Shown: positions 39,630 to 50,447 of the stretch, one piece after another
Numbering within the stretch: position 1 is the first letter of the stretch
How the letters are laid out: each line of letters starts with the position of its first letter
The notes under the pieces: model-generated
Databases searched by the model: none
The model's input: only the letters and a program-made list of their open reading frames with translations
What the model was told of the DNA's origin: nothing
Program-made: the position numbers and the translations under genes
Assembly: GCA_041622675.1 (NCBI GenBank)
Contig: JBFJYH010000002.1
Coordinates: forward strand, 16,566-80,565
Reading direction: 5' to 3'
Source: Porticoccaceae bacterium
GTDB lineage: Bacteria > Pseudomonadota > Gammaproteobacteria > Pseudomonadales > Porticoccaceae
Length of the DNA: 64,000 nucleotides

Positions 39630-41420
39630 ATGCTCGACAAGCCTCAACTTATCGCCAAACAAGGACTCGCGAGGCTGCGCCTGCAGGCTCTACTATCGAC
39701 CGGTATTCTCTTGCTAGTGACGGCCTGCACTTCACCCCAGCTCCAGAAAAATACTGACAATTCAGTCGCGACGACCGTTTCAAGTGCCGACACAACAACC
39801 AACTCCGTGTCACTGGAGCGCGATTATCCCGTTCGCCCCTTCCCAACACAAACTTTTTACGAGTTACTTGTCGCCGAGGTCGCTGGCACCCGTGGGCAGC
39901 TGGACTTCGCGCTTGAAACCTATCGCAATCAAGCTCGTATCACCCGTGACCCCGGAGTGATTGCCAGAGCAGTGAGTACGGCCTCGTATCAACAAGACAA
40001 TGAGGCATTACAAGAGCTGGGCATTTTATGGGCCGAAGTTGAACCAAATAACTTACAGGCCCGCAATATGGCCTTTTATTCCCAGGCGCGACAGGCCCAT
40101 TTCGACCTCGCCTTTGAGCACGCAGAATATTTACTCAGCCATAATAATGGTAAATACTTGGTTCTACTGCCCAGCTATACCGCCGAACTCGATGAAGCCC
40201 ATCGCCTACTGCTGCTTGAGCAATATATTGGCGCTGAGCAGAACCACCCAAGCAACCGTGATCTTTTACTCGGTAAAACCCTCTTACTCGCACAACTTGC
40301 TCGTATCGACGACGCTCTAAGCACGGCACAAAAAATCCTTAACAAACACCCTGACGATGAGCCCGCCCGACTCGTCGCGGCACAAATTCAGCATAAAGAC
40401 AGGCGTTACAAGGCTGCGATTACCGAGCTAGAAAAAGGGCTCCAACACTCGCCAAGGAGCCAACAATTGCAATTGCAATTAATTCGTTTTGTGGCAGCCA
40501 ACGACCTTCCTCTGGCCATTAAAAAAATGATCAGCCTGGCCGCACAAGAGCCGGACAATCACAAATTCAAGCTCGCACTGGCTCTCCTTCACCGTGAAAA
40601 TAATGATTCCGCACCAGCCAAAGTCATTTACAACAAACTCATCGATAGCGGCCACATGAACTCAGAGGCTCACTACCAGCTCGCTATCATGGCCGAGCAA
40701 AACCAAGATTTTGATACAGCGCTGCAACACTACCGAAGTGTCACCAACAACGACCTTTTCTTAGAGGCAACCGTGCGCATTGCTCACATACTGGCCAGCC
40801 GCGACCAACTGAACGATGCGCGACTTTATCTACATGAATTGCGCCTCGACAATCCCGACCATGCCAGTGCCTTTTACCAGATCGAGAGCCAACTGCTAAT
40901 TCAGCAGCAAAATCACCACGGCGCCCAAGCACTACTCGACGAAGGGCTTGCCGAGAACCCAGATGATATTGAGCTGCTGTATACTCGCTCGCTGGTTAAC
41001 GAAAAACTTGGCGACCTCACTGCTACCGAAAAAGACCTGCGCGCCATCCTTGAACGCGACTCCAATAACGCCTCGGCCCTTAACGCTCTCGGTTACACAC
41101 TGGCCAATCGCACCGACCGTTACGATGAAGCCCTCCAGCTAATTCAACGAGCGCGCGCCATTAAACCCAATGATCCTGCCATCCTCGACAGCCTAGGCTG
41201 GGTATTATTTAAACGCGGCGAATACGACGCCGCCCTGAGCCACCTGCGCACCGCAATGGCGACGATGCCGGACCCTGAAGTCGCCGCTCACCTAGGGGAA
41301 GTCTTGTGGATGACGGGTGCAAAGGACGAAGCGCGCTCCATTTGGCAGAATGCGATGAAAAACAACCCTGACAGTGAGTTTTTGCTCAAAACACTGCAGC
41401 GGCTAGATGTCCAACTTTGA
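39630..41420 (+). CDS. Tetratricopeptide-repeat lipoprotein
   Basis: It has a lipobox-like LLLVTAC and multiple TPR units. It occupies the conserved position between hemA and lolB. I chose the ATG at 39630. The tracked ORF starts at 39576. Confidence 0.75.
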   Translation: MLDKPQLIAKQGLARLRLQALLSTGILLLVTACTSPQLQKNTDNSVATTVSSADTTTNSVSLERDYPVRPFPTQTFYELLVAEVAGTRGQLDFALETYRNQARITRDPGVIARAVSTASYQQDNEALQELGILWAEVEPNNLQARNMAFYSQARQAHFDLAFEHAEYLLSHNNGKYLVLLPSYTAELDEAHRLLLLEQYIGAEQNHPSNRDLLLGKTLLLAQLARIDDALSTAQKILNKHPDDEPARLVAAQIQHKDRRYKAAITELEKGLQHSPRSQQLQLQLIRFVAANDLPLAIKKMISLAAQEPDNHKFKLALALLHRENNDSAPAKVIYNKLIDSGHMNSEAHYQLAIMAEQNQDFDTALQHYRSVTNNDLFLEATVRIAHILASRDQLNDARLYLHELRLDNPDHASAFYQIESQLLIQQQNHHGAQALLDEGLAENPDDIELLYTRSLVNEKLGDLTATEKDLRAILERDSNNASALNALGYTLANRTDRYDEALQLIQRARAIKPNDPAILDSLGWVLFKRGEYDAALSHLRTAMATMPDPEVAAHLGEVLWMTGAKDEARSIWQNAMKNNPDSEFLLKTLQRLDVQL

Positions 41421-41469
41421 ATGCTATGCTTTAGTCTAACCCGCTCTGAATAGTCAGCACCGATCTTCA

Positions 41470-42132
41470 ATGTCCCCCTCACTTCCGCCGCCCCGTCCAA
41501 CACCCAGCTGCGCGCGCTCTTTACCAGCGTGGGGCTACATCGCTCTACTTAGCCTGTTAATCAGTGCCTGTACTCCACTGCAAAAACAAACAGAGCCGTC
41601 TACCCCACCCCCATCGTGGCCAGCACACCGAATGGCCATGCAGACCATTGACAACTGGCAAATAAAAGGCAAGCTTGCCTATCGCAACGACACAGACTCG
41701 GGCAGCGTTTGGTTTGATTGGCGCCAGCACGGCGACGAATTCACGATTCATTTAAGTGGCCCTTTTGGTGTCGGCACCGTGACAATCAGAGGCAACGCAC
41801 AGACAATCATCCTCAGCCAACCGGGAGAGGCCGATATAAGCTCCCACTCTTCGAGCGCTTTAACCCAACGACTCTTTGGCTGGCAACTTCCCGTTGAGCA
41901 AATACGCTACTGGGTCAGAGGCATTCCCTCCAGCTCATCAACGGCCCTTATAAAAACATTCAACAGTGAAGGCTTGCTCGACAAGCTGCAAGAAGATAAC
42001 TGGAAGCTAACTTTCAGCCGCTATCAGACTGGGCCCTACGGCCCATTACCAGGTAAAATCAAGGGTCTTAGCCAACAACTGACTTTTACCCTGCTATTGA
42101 AGGAATGGTCTTTTCAAGGACACAAGCCGTGA
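41470..42132 (+). CDS. lolB: Outer-membrane lipoprotein insertion protein LolB
   Basis: It has the lipobox LLISAC and a LolB-like size. It lies upstream of ispE, as in the conserved arrangement. Confidence 0.8.
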   Translation: MSPSLPPPRPTPSCARSLPAWGYIALLSLLISACTPLQKQTEPSTPPPSWPAHRMAMQTIDNWQIKGKLAYRNDTDSGSVWFDWRQHGDEFTIHLSGPFGVGTVTIRGNAQTIILSQPGEADISSHSSSALTQRLFGWQLPVEQIRYWVRGIPSSSSTALIKTFNSEGLLDKLQEDNWKLTFSRYQTGPYGPLPGKIKGLSQQLTFTLLLKEWSFQGHKP

Positions 42133-42254
42133 CAGTGTGTATTAAATTTAAGACCCTTGACTCCAAGCACTTCAGACTTGGAGATTGAACTTCAGAGACG
42201 CCAAAAAGTCAGGTTCGTTACACTCAAGCCACCCACCGGATAAACAAGCCAACC

Positions 42255-43115
42255 GTGATACCAGACCACATTAGCCTACCAGCACCGGCGAAAATCAATC
42301 TTTTTTTGCATATCACCGGACGCCGCCCCGACGGTTACCACCAGCTGCAAACTCTGTTTCAATTACTCGACTACGGGGACCAACTAGATTTCTATCGCCG
42401 CGATGATACGACGCTTACGCTTAGCCCGACCCACCCGGCAATCGCTACAAAAGATAATCTTGTCTATCGTGCGGCCAAAGCGCTACAGCATTTAGCTTTG
42501 CAAAAAAAACCTCAGCACCCGTGCGGTGCCGATATTCAGTTAACCAAACGCCTACCTCTCGGCGGGGGGCTTGGAGGGGGAAGCAGCGATGCAGCAAGCA
42601 CCTTAATAGGCCTCAATCAGCTGTGGCAGCTGGGTTTTAGCCGTGAACAACTCGCCGCCATTGGCCTTAAGCTGGGCGCCGATGTGCCCGTTTTCATCCA
42701 CGGTCGCACGGCCTGGGCCGAAGGTATCGGCGAAATTTTAACCCCTGTCGACATGGTAGATTGCTGGTATCTCGTTCTCGCACCCACCATTGAGGTCTCA
42801 ACCGCGACAATATTCTCACACCAACAATTGACAAGGGACGCACGCGCTATCACAATACGCGCCTTTCTCGAGCAGGGTGGCAGAAATGCTTGCCAACCCA
42901 TAGCGGAAAAGCTCTACCCTGAGGTAAAAACAGCTCGACAATGGCTGGAGCAATACGCAAATGTTCGAATGACCGGCACCGGTGCCTGTATTTTTGCCTC
43001 CTTTGGAGACGAAGCTCAAGCACGCCAGGTACTGGTCGATGTTCCGCAACGATGGCAGGCGTTTGTCGCCCGGGGAGTTAACCACTCTCCAGCCTATCCA
43101 AGCGATTCATTGTGA
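42255..43115 (+). CDS. ispE: 4-diphosphocytidyl-2-C-methyl-D-erythritol kinase
   Basis: It has the GHMP kinase motif PLGGGLGGGSSDAA and the N-terminal PAPAKINLFLHITGRR. It uses a GTG start. Confidence 0.92.
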   Translation: MIPDHISLPAPAKINLFLHITGRRPDGYHQLQTLFQLLDYGDQLDFYRRDDTTLTLSPTHPAIATKDNLVYRAAKALQHLALQKKPQHPCGADIQLTKRLPLGGGLGGGSSDAASTLIGLNQLWQLGFSREQLAAIGLKLGADVPVFIHGRTAWAEGIGEILTPVDMVDCWYLVLAPTIEVSTATIFSHQQLTRDARAITIRAFLEQGGRNACQPIAEKLYPEVKTARQWLEQYANVRMTGTGACIFASFGDEAQARQVLVDVPQRWQAFVARGVNHSPAYPSDSL

Positions 43116-43136
43116 AATAGTTAAAACAAGCTTTAT

Positions 43137-43212
43137 TGGGGCGTGGCCAAGTGGTTAAGGCAACGGGTTTTGATCCCGTCACTCGGAGGTTCGAATCCTC
43201 CCGCCCCAGCCA
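43137..43212 (+). tRNA. tRNA-Gln (anticodon TTG)
   Basis: A manual cloverleaf fits. The acceptor stem is TGGGGCG/CGCCCCA. The anticodon stem ACGGG/CCCGT carries loop TTTTGAT. The T-arm is GGAGG-TTCGAAT-CCTCC. CCA is encoded. Confidence 0.92.
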
Positions 43213-43255
43213 TTTCTCCACTCTTCTGCGCCGTTCGTGATACCAGGATCCCCCC

Positions 43256-44197
43256 ATGCCCAACTTAATGTTGTTCTCAGGAAATTCTAATCCGCAGTTG
43301 GCAAAGGAAATCGCCACACATCTCGGCCTCCAGATTGGCAACGCTCAGGTTTCGCATTTTTCAGACGGCGAAATCAGCGTACAGATCGACGACAATGTGC
43401 GTGGCCGCGACGTCTTTATCATTCAACCAACCTGTGCGCCGACCAATAAAAACTTGATGGAACTGATTTTTATTGTCGATGCCATGCGCCGCTCTTCAGC
43501 AGGCCGCATTACAGCGGTAGTGCCCTACTTCGGCTACGCCCGCCAGGACAGACGCGTACGCTCGGCCCGAGTTCCCATCAGCGCCAAAGTCGTCGCCGAC
43601 ATGATCAACAACGTTGGCGTTAATCGCGTATTAACTGTCGACCTGCACGCCGAGCAAATTCAGGGGTTTTTCGATTGCGCAGTGGATAATGTCTACGGCT
43701 CGCCTGTATTGCTCGACGATATCGAAAAGCAAAATTACGAAGACCTGCTCGTGGTGTCTCCCGATATCGGCGGCGTTGTGCGCGCCCGGGCCATTGCAAA
43801 ACAACTCAATACCGATTTGGCTATTATCGACAAACGTCGACCCGAGGCCAACCAGGCTCAGGTCATGAATATTATCGGTGACGTTGCCGACCGCACCTGT
43901 TTGCTGGTTGACGATATTGTCGATACCGCAGGCACCTTGTGTAAAGCTGCAGATGCCCTCAAAGAACAGGGCGCCAAACACGTCGTTGCCTATTGCACCC
44001 ACCCGGTGTTGTCCGGCAAGGCGACAGAAAACATACAGAACTCCCAGCTCGACAGCTTGGTGGTCACCAACAGCATTCCCCTGACTGCGGAAGCTAGCGC
44101 CTGTAAGCAAATACGCCAGCTGTCATTGGGCCATATGCTGGCCGAGGCCATTCGCCGGGTCAGCAACGAAGAATCCATCAGCGCAATGTTTGACTAA
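43256..44197 (+). CDS. prs: Ribose-phosphate pyrophosphokinase
   Basis: The 313-aa product has the PRPP-binding loop [11 protein letters not shown] and the N-terminal MLFSGNSNP. Confidence 0.95.
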   Translation: MPNLMLFSGNSNPQLAKEIATHLGLQIGNAQVSHFSDGEISVQIDDNVRGRDVFIIQPTCAPTNKNLMELIFIVDAMRRSSAGRITAVVPYFGYARQDRRVRSARVPISAKVVADMINNVGVNRVLTVDLHAEQIQGFFDCAVDNVYGSPVLLDDIEKQNYEDLLVVSPDIGGVVRARAIAKQLNTDLAIIDKRRPEANQAQVMNIIGDVADRTCLLVDDIVDTAGTLCKAADALKEQGAKHVVAYCTHPVLSGKATENIQNSQLDSLVVTNSIPLTAEASACKQIRQLSLGHMLAEAIRRVSNEESISAMFD

Positions 44198-44317
44198 ACA
44201 CTAAGTCAATTTTGCACGGATACCTCCCCACCACATTTGTCGGCGGGGTTTAACCTCATCCGCTATAACCTGGGTCGCAACAGCTATAGCGGTACAACAA
44301 CATAGGAGTAAAGGCAA

Positions 44318-44968
44318 ATGGTCGATTTCGCCCTCAATGCCAAGGTCCGTAGCGATATAGGGAAAGGTGCGAGCCGCCGCCTACGTCGCTTGGACAACCA
44401 AGTACCCGCCATTATTTATGGCTTGGACAAAACGCCTGAGAATATTTCTCTGGCCAGCAACGAGCTGAGCCACGCCCTGGAGAATGAAGCCTTTTATTCT
44501 CACATCATTGAGCTGGACGTGGACAACAACAAGCAGAACGTAATTCTTAAAGACGTGCAGCGCCACCCGGCAAAAGTAGAAATACTGCACGTTGATTTTC
44601 TGCGTGTCGATCTCACACAAAAGCTCACTATTCGCGTGCCTCTGCACTTCATTAATGAAGAAGAGTGTCACGGCGTTAAAATGGAAGGCGGTCAAATTTC
44701 TCACAGCACGAACGAGTTGGAAGTTGAATGCCTGCCTGGAGACATACCCGAGTACATCGAAGTCGACATGGCCGCAATCACGCTCGGTCAGACTCTGCAC
44801 ATCTCAGATGTTAACTTGCCCGAGGGTGTTACCAGTGTTGCCCTGTCTCACGGTGAAGATCACGATCTACCTGTCGCTGCAGTCAACAAGTCTAAAGCTA
44901 TCGAAGAAACCACTGAAGACGATTCTGCTGACGCTGCTGACGAAGAAGCCGGCGAGGAAGACGCCTAA
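44318..44968 (+). CDS. rplY: 50S ribosomal protein L25 / general stress protein Ctc
   Basis: This is the long Ctc form with an acidic C-terminal tail. It lies between prs and pth. Confidence 0.9.
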   Translation: MVDFALNAKVRSDIGKGASRRLRRLDNQVPAIIYGLDKTPENISLASNELSHALENEAFYSHIIELDVDNNKQNVILKDVQRHPAKVEILHVDFLRVDLTQKLTIRVPLHFINEEECHGVKMEGGQISHSTNELEVECLPGDIPEYIEVDMAAITLGQTLHISDVNLPEGVTSVALSHGEDHDLPVAAVNKSKAIEETTEDDSADAADEEAGEEDA

Positions 44969-45004
44969 AGGGCTCGCTCACTTTTCGTTTGCAAGGCCCT
45001 AGCA

Positions 45005-45586
45005 TTGGATACGGCAGTGAGGCTCGTGGTAGGACTGGGTAATCCCGGCCCCCAATACGCGCACACCCGTCACAATGCTGGGGCCGACTTTGTTACCACT
45101 CTGGCCGAACACCACGGCACCCGTTTCAAAAAGGACAATAAATTTTCCGGCGAAACGGCACGAATTACCTTGAACGGGCAAGACATCCGCCTTCTATTAC
45201 CGTCGACTTACATGAATCTCAGCGGTCAAGCCGTCGGGCCGATGGCCAAGTTTTATAACATCCCCCCCGAGGCCATACTCGTCGCTCACGACGAGCTCGA
45301 TATCGAACCCGGCAAAGCCCGTCTCAAAATTGGCGGCGGTCACGGCGGCCACAATGGCCTGAAAGACATTATCAAAGCCTTGGGCAACAACAAAAATTTT
45401 GCCCGTCTGCGTATTGGCGTCGGTCACCCCGGTCACGCTAGCGAGGTGGTTAACTATGTCCTGCGTCGCGCACCACAGTCCGAGCAACAATTAATCGAAG
45501 ATAGCATTAACGACGCCCTCAAGATCGTACCAGCGCTCGCCGAGGGGCTGTGGAACAAGGCGATGAAAGCCCTGCACACAAAATAA
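45005..45586 (+). CDS. pth: Peptidyl-tRNA hydrolase
   Basis: It has VGLGNPG..Y..TRHN and the GGHGGHNG motif. The start is non-ATG, either TTG at 45005 or GTG at 45017. Confidence 0.92.
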   Translation: MDTAVRLVVGLGNPGPQYAHTRHNAGADFVTTLAEHHGTRFKKDNKFSGETARITLNGQDIRLLLPSTYMNLSGQAVGPMAKFYNIPPEAILVAHDELDIEPGKARLKIGGGHGGHNGLKDIIKALGNNKNFARLRIGVGHPGHASEVVNYVLRRAPQSEQQLIEDSINDALKIVPALAEGLWNKAMKALHTK

Positions 45587-45675
45587 GCAGACACTCAAAC
45601 GGGTACATTATTTAACCAATTATTTGCGCGAACCTAGTAACAGGCGCGCCCATTCAGCAAAGACAGAGGATCACC

Positions 45676-46767
45676 ATGGGTTTCAAATGCGGTATTGTCG
45701 GCTTGCCCAATGTGGGTAAATCTACCCTATTTAACGCGCTCACCAAGGCCGGTATTGATGCGGAAAACTTTCCCTTCTGTACCATCGAGCCCAACACCGG
45801 CGTGGTGCCCGTACCCGACCCGCGCCAGGACGCTCTCGCCGCCATCGTCAACCCCGAACGCATCCTCCCCACCACCATGGAATTCGTTGATATTGCTGGC
45901 CTAGTCGAGGGCGCCTCTAAGGGTGAAGGCCTGGGCAATCAGTTTTTGGCCAATATTCGTGAAACCGATGCCATCGCCCATGTCGTGCGCTGCTTTGAAG
46001 ATGAGAATGTCATTCACGTCGCCAATCAAATCAATCCTCTAGCCGATATTGAAATCATTAATACCGAGCTCGCACTGGCGGACCTCGATGCCGTGGAAAA
46101 AGCCCTGCAAAAAACTGCTCGCGCCGCAAAAGGTAAAGATAAAGACGCGATTGCTTTGCAGGCAGTGCTGGAGCGCCTGCTGCCCCACCTCAACGAAGCC
46201 AAGCCTCTGCGCAGTCTTGCATTAACACAAGATGACATTGAAAAACTGGGTGAAGTCAGCCTAATGACACTCAAACCCACCCTGTACATTGCCAACATTG
46301 CCGAAGATGGCTTTGAGAACAACCCCCTGCTCACGGCAGTTGAAGAGCTCGCCGCTACCGAAGGTGCCCAGGTGGTGCCCATTTGCAATAAGCTCGAAGC
46401 GGAAATCTCCGAGCTGGACGATGATGATAAAGCCGAGTTTCTCGCCGACCTGGGTATGGACGAACCCGGCCTCAACCGCGTGATTCGCGCCGGCTACCAA
46501 CTGCTCGACCTACAAACCTATTTTACCGCCGGTGTGAAAGAGGTCCGCGCCTGGACCATTCCCGTTGGTGCAACCGCACCTCAGGCCGCTGGCAAGATTC
46601 ACACTGACTTCGAAAAGGGCTTTATACGCGCCGAAATTGTTAGTTATGACGACTTTATCGCCGGCAAGGGCGAGCAGGGCGCCAAAGATGCCGGCAAATG
46701 GCGGCTTGAGGGCAAAGATTATATCGTGCAAGATGGTGATGTGATTCACTTCCGGTTTAATGTGTGA
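45676..46767 (+). CDS. ychF: Redox-regulated ATPase YchF
   Basis: It has the G1 motif GLPNVGKST and a C-terminal TGS-like domain ending in [11 protein letters not shown]. Confidence 0.95.
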   Translation: MGFKCGIVGLPNVGKSTLFNALTKAGIDAENFPFCTIEPNTGVVPVPDPRQDALAAIVNPERILPTTMEFVDIAGLVEGASKGEGLGNQFLANIRETDAIAHVVRCFEDENVIHVANQINPLADIEIINTELALADLDAVEKALQKTARAAKGKDKDAIALQAVLERLLPHLNEAKPLRSLALTQDDIEKLGEVSLMTLKPTLYIANIAEDGFENNPLLTAVEELAATEGAQVVPICNKLEAEISELDDDDKAEFLADLGMDEPGLNRVIRAGYQLLDLQTYFTAGVKEVRAWTIPVGATAPQAAGKIHTDFEKGFIRAEIVSYDDFIAGKGEQGAKDAGKWRLEGKDYIVQDGDVIHFRFNV

Positions 46768-46858
46768 GATCTAGCCGCGCGCCCTCAAAAAAACAACCGC
46801 AACATCTGGGAACTACCCCCAGAGCTGCAACTCGATAAGCACCCCAGCAGTCACTCCA

Positions 46859-47797
46859 GTGAAGAGTGGTATCCACACCACCTCCGGACGCGGCGCCTAC
46901 GGCTTTGCTTTGGTGCTTCTCGCCTGTGTGATTTGGGGCTTCTTCCCCATTGCCGCCAAGGGCCTCACCCACCAGCTTGACGCCCACACCATCAATTTCT
47001 ACCGTTTCGCCATCGCCGGGCTCATGCTTTTGCCCATTTTGATCGCCCGCGGCTCTCTGCCGAGACTCACCAAAAAAGGCAGTGCCCGACACAATCTACA
47101 TCTCGCCACGTGCGCCCTGCTACTGATTATCAATTATTTTTTCTACATCATCGGTGTGCAGCATATTACGCCTAGCGCCACACAAATATTAATCCAATTT
47201 TCCACCGTGATGCTGCTCCTCGCGGGCGTGTTCTTTTTTGGTGAGCGCCTGTCCCACCGCCAATGGCTAGGTTGCATTTTATTTTTAGCGGGGCTAGTGC
47301 TTTTTTTCTATCCTCGTATCATCGCCATGATTGACGGGTTCAATGACTACGCCCTAGGCATGGGCTTAATATCTCTCGCGGCTATATCCTGGACGGGATA
47401 TGCCATACTGCAAAAGCAATTATTGCTGCACTTCACTTCTTCGCAAATCATGCTAATGGTTTACCTGATCGGCTCACTGGTTTTCCTGCCTTTGGCCGAC
47501 CCACTTAGTATTATTGAACTCTCGCCCCCCAGCCTGCTACTTCTCCTTTTTTGTGGCACCAGCACCTTGATCGGCTCCGGCAGCTTTTCTGAAGCTATGG
47601 CCCATATCGAAGCCTCGAAAGCCAGCGCTATGCTCGCCACTTTGCCAATCTTTACTATTTTCTTTATGTGGTGCCTAAGTTTTATTCCCGGGTTTACGAT
47701 TACACCAGAGCCCCTAACAAGTCTGGCGCTGTCTGGTGCGGCACTGGTGGTTGTTGGCGCATTGATGGTTGCCCTGCAGAGCACTCGCAAACCCTAG
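46859..47797 (+). CDS. DMT-superfamily (EamA-like) transporter
   Basis: It has about ten hydrophobic helices arranged as a duplicated EamA unit. It uses a GTG start. Confidence 0.75.
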   Translation: MKSGIHTTSGRGAYGFALVLLACVIWGFFPIAAKGLTHQLDAHTINFYRFAIAGLMLLPILIARGSLPRLTKKGSARHNLHLATCALLLIINYFFYIIGVQHITPSATQILIQFSTVMLLLAGVFFFGERLSHRQWLGCILFLAGLVLFFYPRIIAMIDGFNDYALGMGLISLAAISWTGYAILQKQLLLHFTSSQIMLMVYLIGSLVFLPLADPLSIIELSPPSLLLLLFCGTSTLIGSGSFSEAMAHIEASKASAMLATLPIFTIFFMWCLSFIPGFTITPEPLTSLALSGAALVVVGALMVALQSTRKP

Positions 47798-48572
47798 GCA
47801 AGCCATCTATGCTGGCCTTATGAAACGTCGTCTAACCTTTTCAGCCTACCGTTTTTGCTTCTGGCAGGAGTGTAGCTCTCTTTACTTTTGTGTACGGCGA
47901 CTTACACAATCTAGTCATTAATTGGCACCTAATAATCGGCCCTATCCCACCATTAGCTCCAGCTGTATTATCTGATTAAAGAAGGCCCCGGTCTGCGTAA
48001 GAGTATCGGCTTTAATTGGCCAGCGAGGAATAATCCGCCCTACGCCACTGACAATGGTCGCGATTAGCTCGGCAACGATAACCCATTCGATGAGCTCAAT
48101 CACATCACCAACTACAGTTTCTTTAGCTGGCCGTTGAGCAACGTTTTTGGGAAAGCTGACCCCAACCATGGCAAACACCCTTACAGCCTGAAAACCACCC
48201 GGTACCGGCTTTCACTTCCACAGCGTAGCATTAGAGATATTTTTAATAGTAAAGCTCTTCTTCCCGTCGACTACCAACACAACACTCTCACTCCAATACT
48301 TGTCCTCTTGGAGTCGCACCACACTAGCTGACTACAAAGTGCTATCACTACAGTAGAGGAATAATGGCAACGTGGTGGAAAAAGACCTATTAACAGGACT
48401 CTTGACACCTAAGGGAAAACTCTCGATGGCGCCATTGAATGGCGCCAAAACACATAGGAAAGTGTTGAATTCAGTGGCGACCATGCCGACACCCTGTAGC
48501 AGCTATCCTGGACTGACTCGTCAGACCCACTTGCCCGAAGAGCCACTATCCGCAGTAAATTAGCTCGCTCGC

Positions 48573-48601
48573 TTGACAACACGCACTGAAATCGCCAAAA
48601 T
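48573..48601 (+). promoter_or_regulatory. Sigma70-like promoter for tRNA-Met
   Basis: The sequence is TTGACA-17 nt-CAAAAT. A GC-rich discriminator CCCCCGCC follows it. It lies about 40 nt upstream of the tRNA. Confidence 0.45.
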
Positions 48602-48641
48602 CCCCCGCCTTCAAAGAACGACCTATTTTGTGGCTATGTAG

Positions 48642-48718
48642 CTCAGCTGGTTAGAGCACAGCATTCATAATGCTGGGGTCGGCGGTTCAAGTCCGCCCAT
48701 AGCTACCACATCCCTGCT
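48642..48718 (+). tRNA. tRNA-Met, elongator-like (anticodon CAT)
   Basis: A manual cloverleaf fits. The acceptor stem is GGCTATG/CATAGCT. The anticodon loop is TTCATAA. The T-arm is GGCGG-TTCAAGT-CCGCC, and CCA is encoded. It closely resembles E. coli elongator tRNA-Met. Ile2 (lysidine) identity cannot be excluded. Confidence 0.88.
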
Positions 48719-49222
48719 CAACACCAAAGTCTAAGACCTATCCTCGACTTTAGATCAGATATTCCTATCATCGCGTCCAGGGACATACCTTAACTCTGCG
48801 CTGTGACCGCCCTATATTTGACGTTATTTTTATATGGCCAAATATTACTTTGACTTTCTCTTTACTACAGTGGTTTTCGAAGTTGATTGATCAGTTTAAA
48901 GTCACATTCTTCGAGATCAGCAAATAACACCAAGTCACGAATGCCACAGGTCTCACATTTACTGAGCCCACGCCCGGCGTCTTCAATCACTGCAATTTTC
49001 ACAGTGCTCCTCATATCCGCTAAATATCCAACCCAATAGCCATCCACAATGTGGCATAGGCCGTCCCGGGGGTAGGCCTTCACGCTCCTTAGAGTGAATC
49101 CTAAAACTTGAACCATCCCTAAAAATCGGCACCAAAACACAGCCAAAGGGGCCACAAACGGCCATGATTGCCAATCCACCAAAGGGAGCCAATAACGTTT
49201 CGACCTTGAACACGGAGTCATC

Positions 49223-49729
49223 ATGATTAAGGGCCTTATTTTTCGATTGATTATTCTTATAGTTATCGCCACCGGTATTTTTTCCTATGTCGCCTCGCTC
49301 AACGGTATTGATATCCGCCATTTTTTGCCAACATTCGATAATTCACAACTACCCAGCCTCAAGCTACCCGCAATGCCCGACATCAAGCTTCCCGGTAGCG
49401 GCGACGAGAACCAACAGCCCGTAGCGGTGCGTAAAATATATCAGTGGCGTGGAGGCGATGGCAGCTGGCACTTTAGTGAAAATTTACCCGAGGGCACAAC
49501 CGCCGAAAAAGTGATTTTCCTCGACGCTAAAACCAACGTCGTTGAAAGCCTACCAAGACCTCACAACATAAAGCCGGCCATTACCGTGCCGAATGAACCC
49601 GCACCGACGGCAAGCGGCGCCTCTTACAACAATAAAACCACCGACAAGCTGTTAAACGATGTCCAAAACACACAGAGAACGCTTGATCAACGCAAGCAAC
49701 AGTTAGAGCAGGACACCCCGGGGCCATAA
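49223..49729 (+). CDS. DUF4124-like membrane-anchored protein
   Basis: It has an N-terminal TM segment and the motif IYQWRGGDGSWHFSENLPEG, typical of DUF4124. Confidence 0.6.
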   Translation: MIKGLIFRLIILIVIATGIFSYVASLNGIDIRHFLPTFDNSQLPSLKLPAMPDIKLPGSGDENQQPVAVRKIYQWRGGDGSWHFSENLPEGTTAEKVIFLDAKTNVVESLPRPHNIKPAITVPNEPAPTASGASYNNKTTDKLLNDVQNTQRTLDQRKQQLEQDTPGP

Positions 49730-49904
49730 ATCACTCAATACTCAAGCGAGCCCCCAAGGCTAAGCCGCCAAGCCGGGCTGGCACCCTGAGCTCCATAGCT
49801 GGGGTGCTCACATATTTGACGCCCCTTGCTAAAAACCCCGTCAATTCTTTGACAACTCACCCTTAAAAAGACTTAACCCGCTGTATTAGTTGAACAATTT
49901 TGAG

Positions 49905-49920
49905 TGGCATAGTTAGTGCT
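49905..49920 (+). promoter_or_regulatory. Sigma54 (-24/-12) promoter upstream of fliL
   Basis: TGGCATagttaGTGCT has exact GG-N10-GC spacing. It lies 42 nt upstream of the fliL start. Confidence 0.6.
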
Positions 49921-49961
49921 TAGAACTAGCAAACAGAGTTCTTTTAGCACTGACAGGCAGC

Positions 49962-50447
49962 GTGCCAACACAAGGGTTAACCAGTTTGAATAAAACCATA
50001 GCAATAATCCTCATCACTGTAGTCCTGTTGGTCGCCGTCGGTGGCGCCTGGCTCTACTTTAGGGACGGCACTGCCAATACAGCAATAGAAACGCCAAGCA
50101 GCGCAATAGAAACACGGGGGAAAAATTACTATTTAGCGCTTGAGCCCCCTTTCATAGTCAATTTTGTCTACAAAGATACTCTTCGTTACCTACAAATGAC
50201 CCTCTCTGTGATGAGCCACGAACCGAAAATACTCGACCAAGTAACACACCACATGCCCGCCATTCGACACCGTTTAATCATGCTAATTAGCAACAAAACC
50301 TTTGACGAACTCAATGGCAAAGACAGTAAAGAAGCTCTACGTGACGAAATGCTATTGGAGATCCGCAATATTATTCAGGCAGAACAAAACAAAACCCATA
50401 AGGGCCGAGTCGAAGCCGTGTATTTCACCGGCTATGTGATGCAGTAA
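49962..50447 (+). CDS. fliL: Flagellar basal-body-associated protein FliL
   Basis: It has a single N-terminal TM and a FliL-like C-terminus (AVYFTGYVMQ). It precedes fliM. The start is uncertain: GTG at 49962 or TTG at 49986. Confidence 0.8.
   Translation: MPTQGLTSLNKTIAIILITVVLLVAVGGAWLYFRDGTANTAIETPSSAIETRGKNYYLALEPPFIVNFVYKDTLRYLQMTLSVMSHEPKILDQVTHHMPAIRHRLIMLISNKTFDELNGKDSKEALRDEMLLEIRNIIQAEQNKTHKGRVEAVYFTGYVMQ

Noticed and set aside
48642-49960. Genomic island or prophage integrated at tRNA-Met
   Set aside because: There is no integrase, recombinase or phage gene. No direct repeat of the tRNA 3' end is visible downstream. The next genes (DUF4124-like, fliL onward) are core functions.
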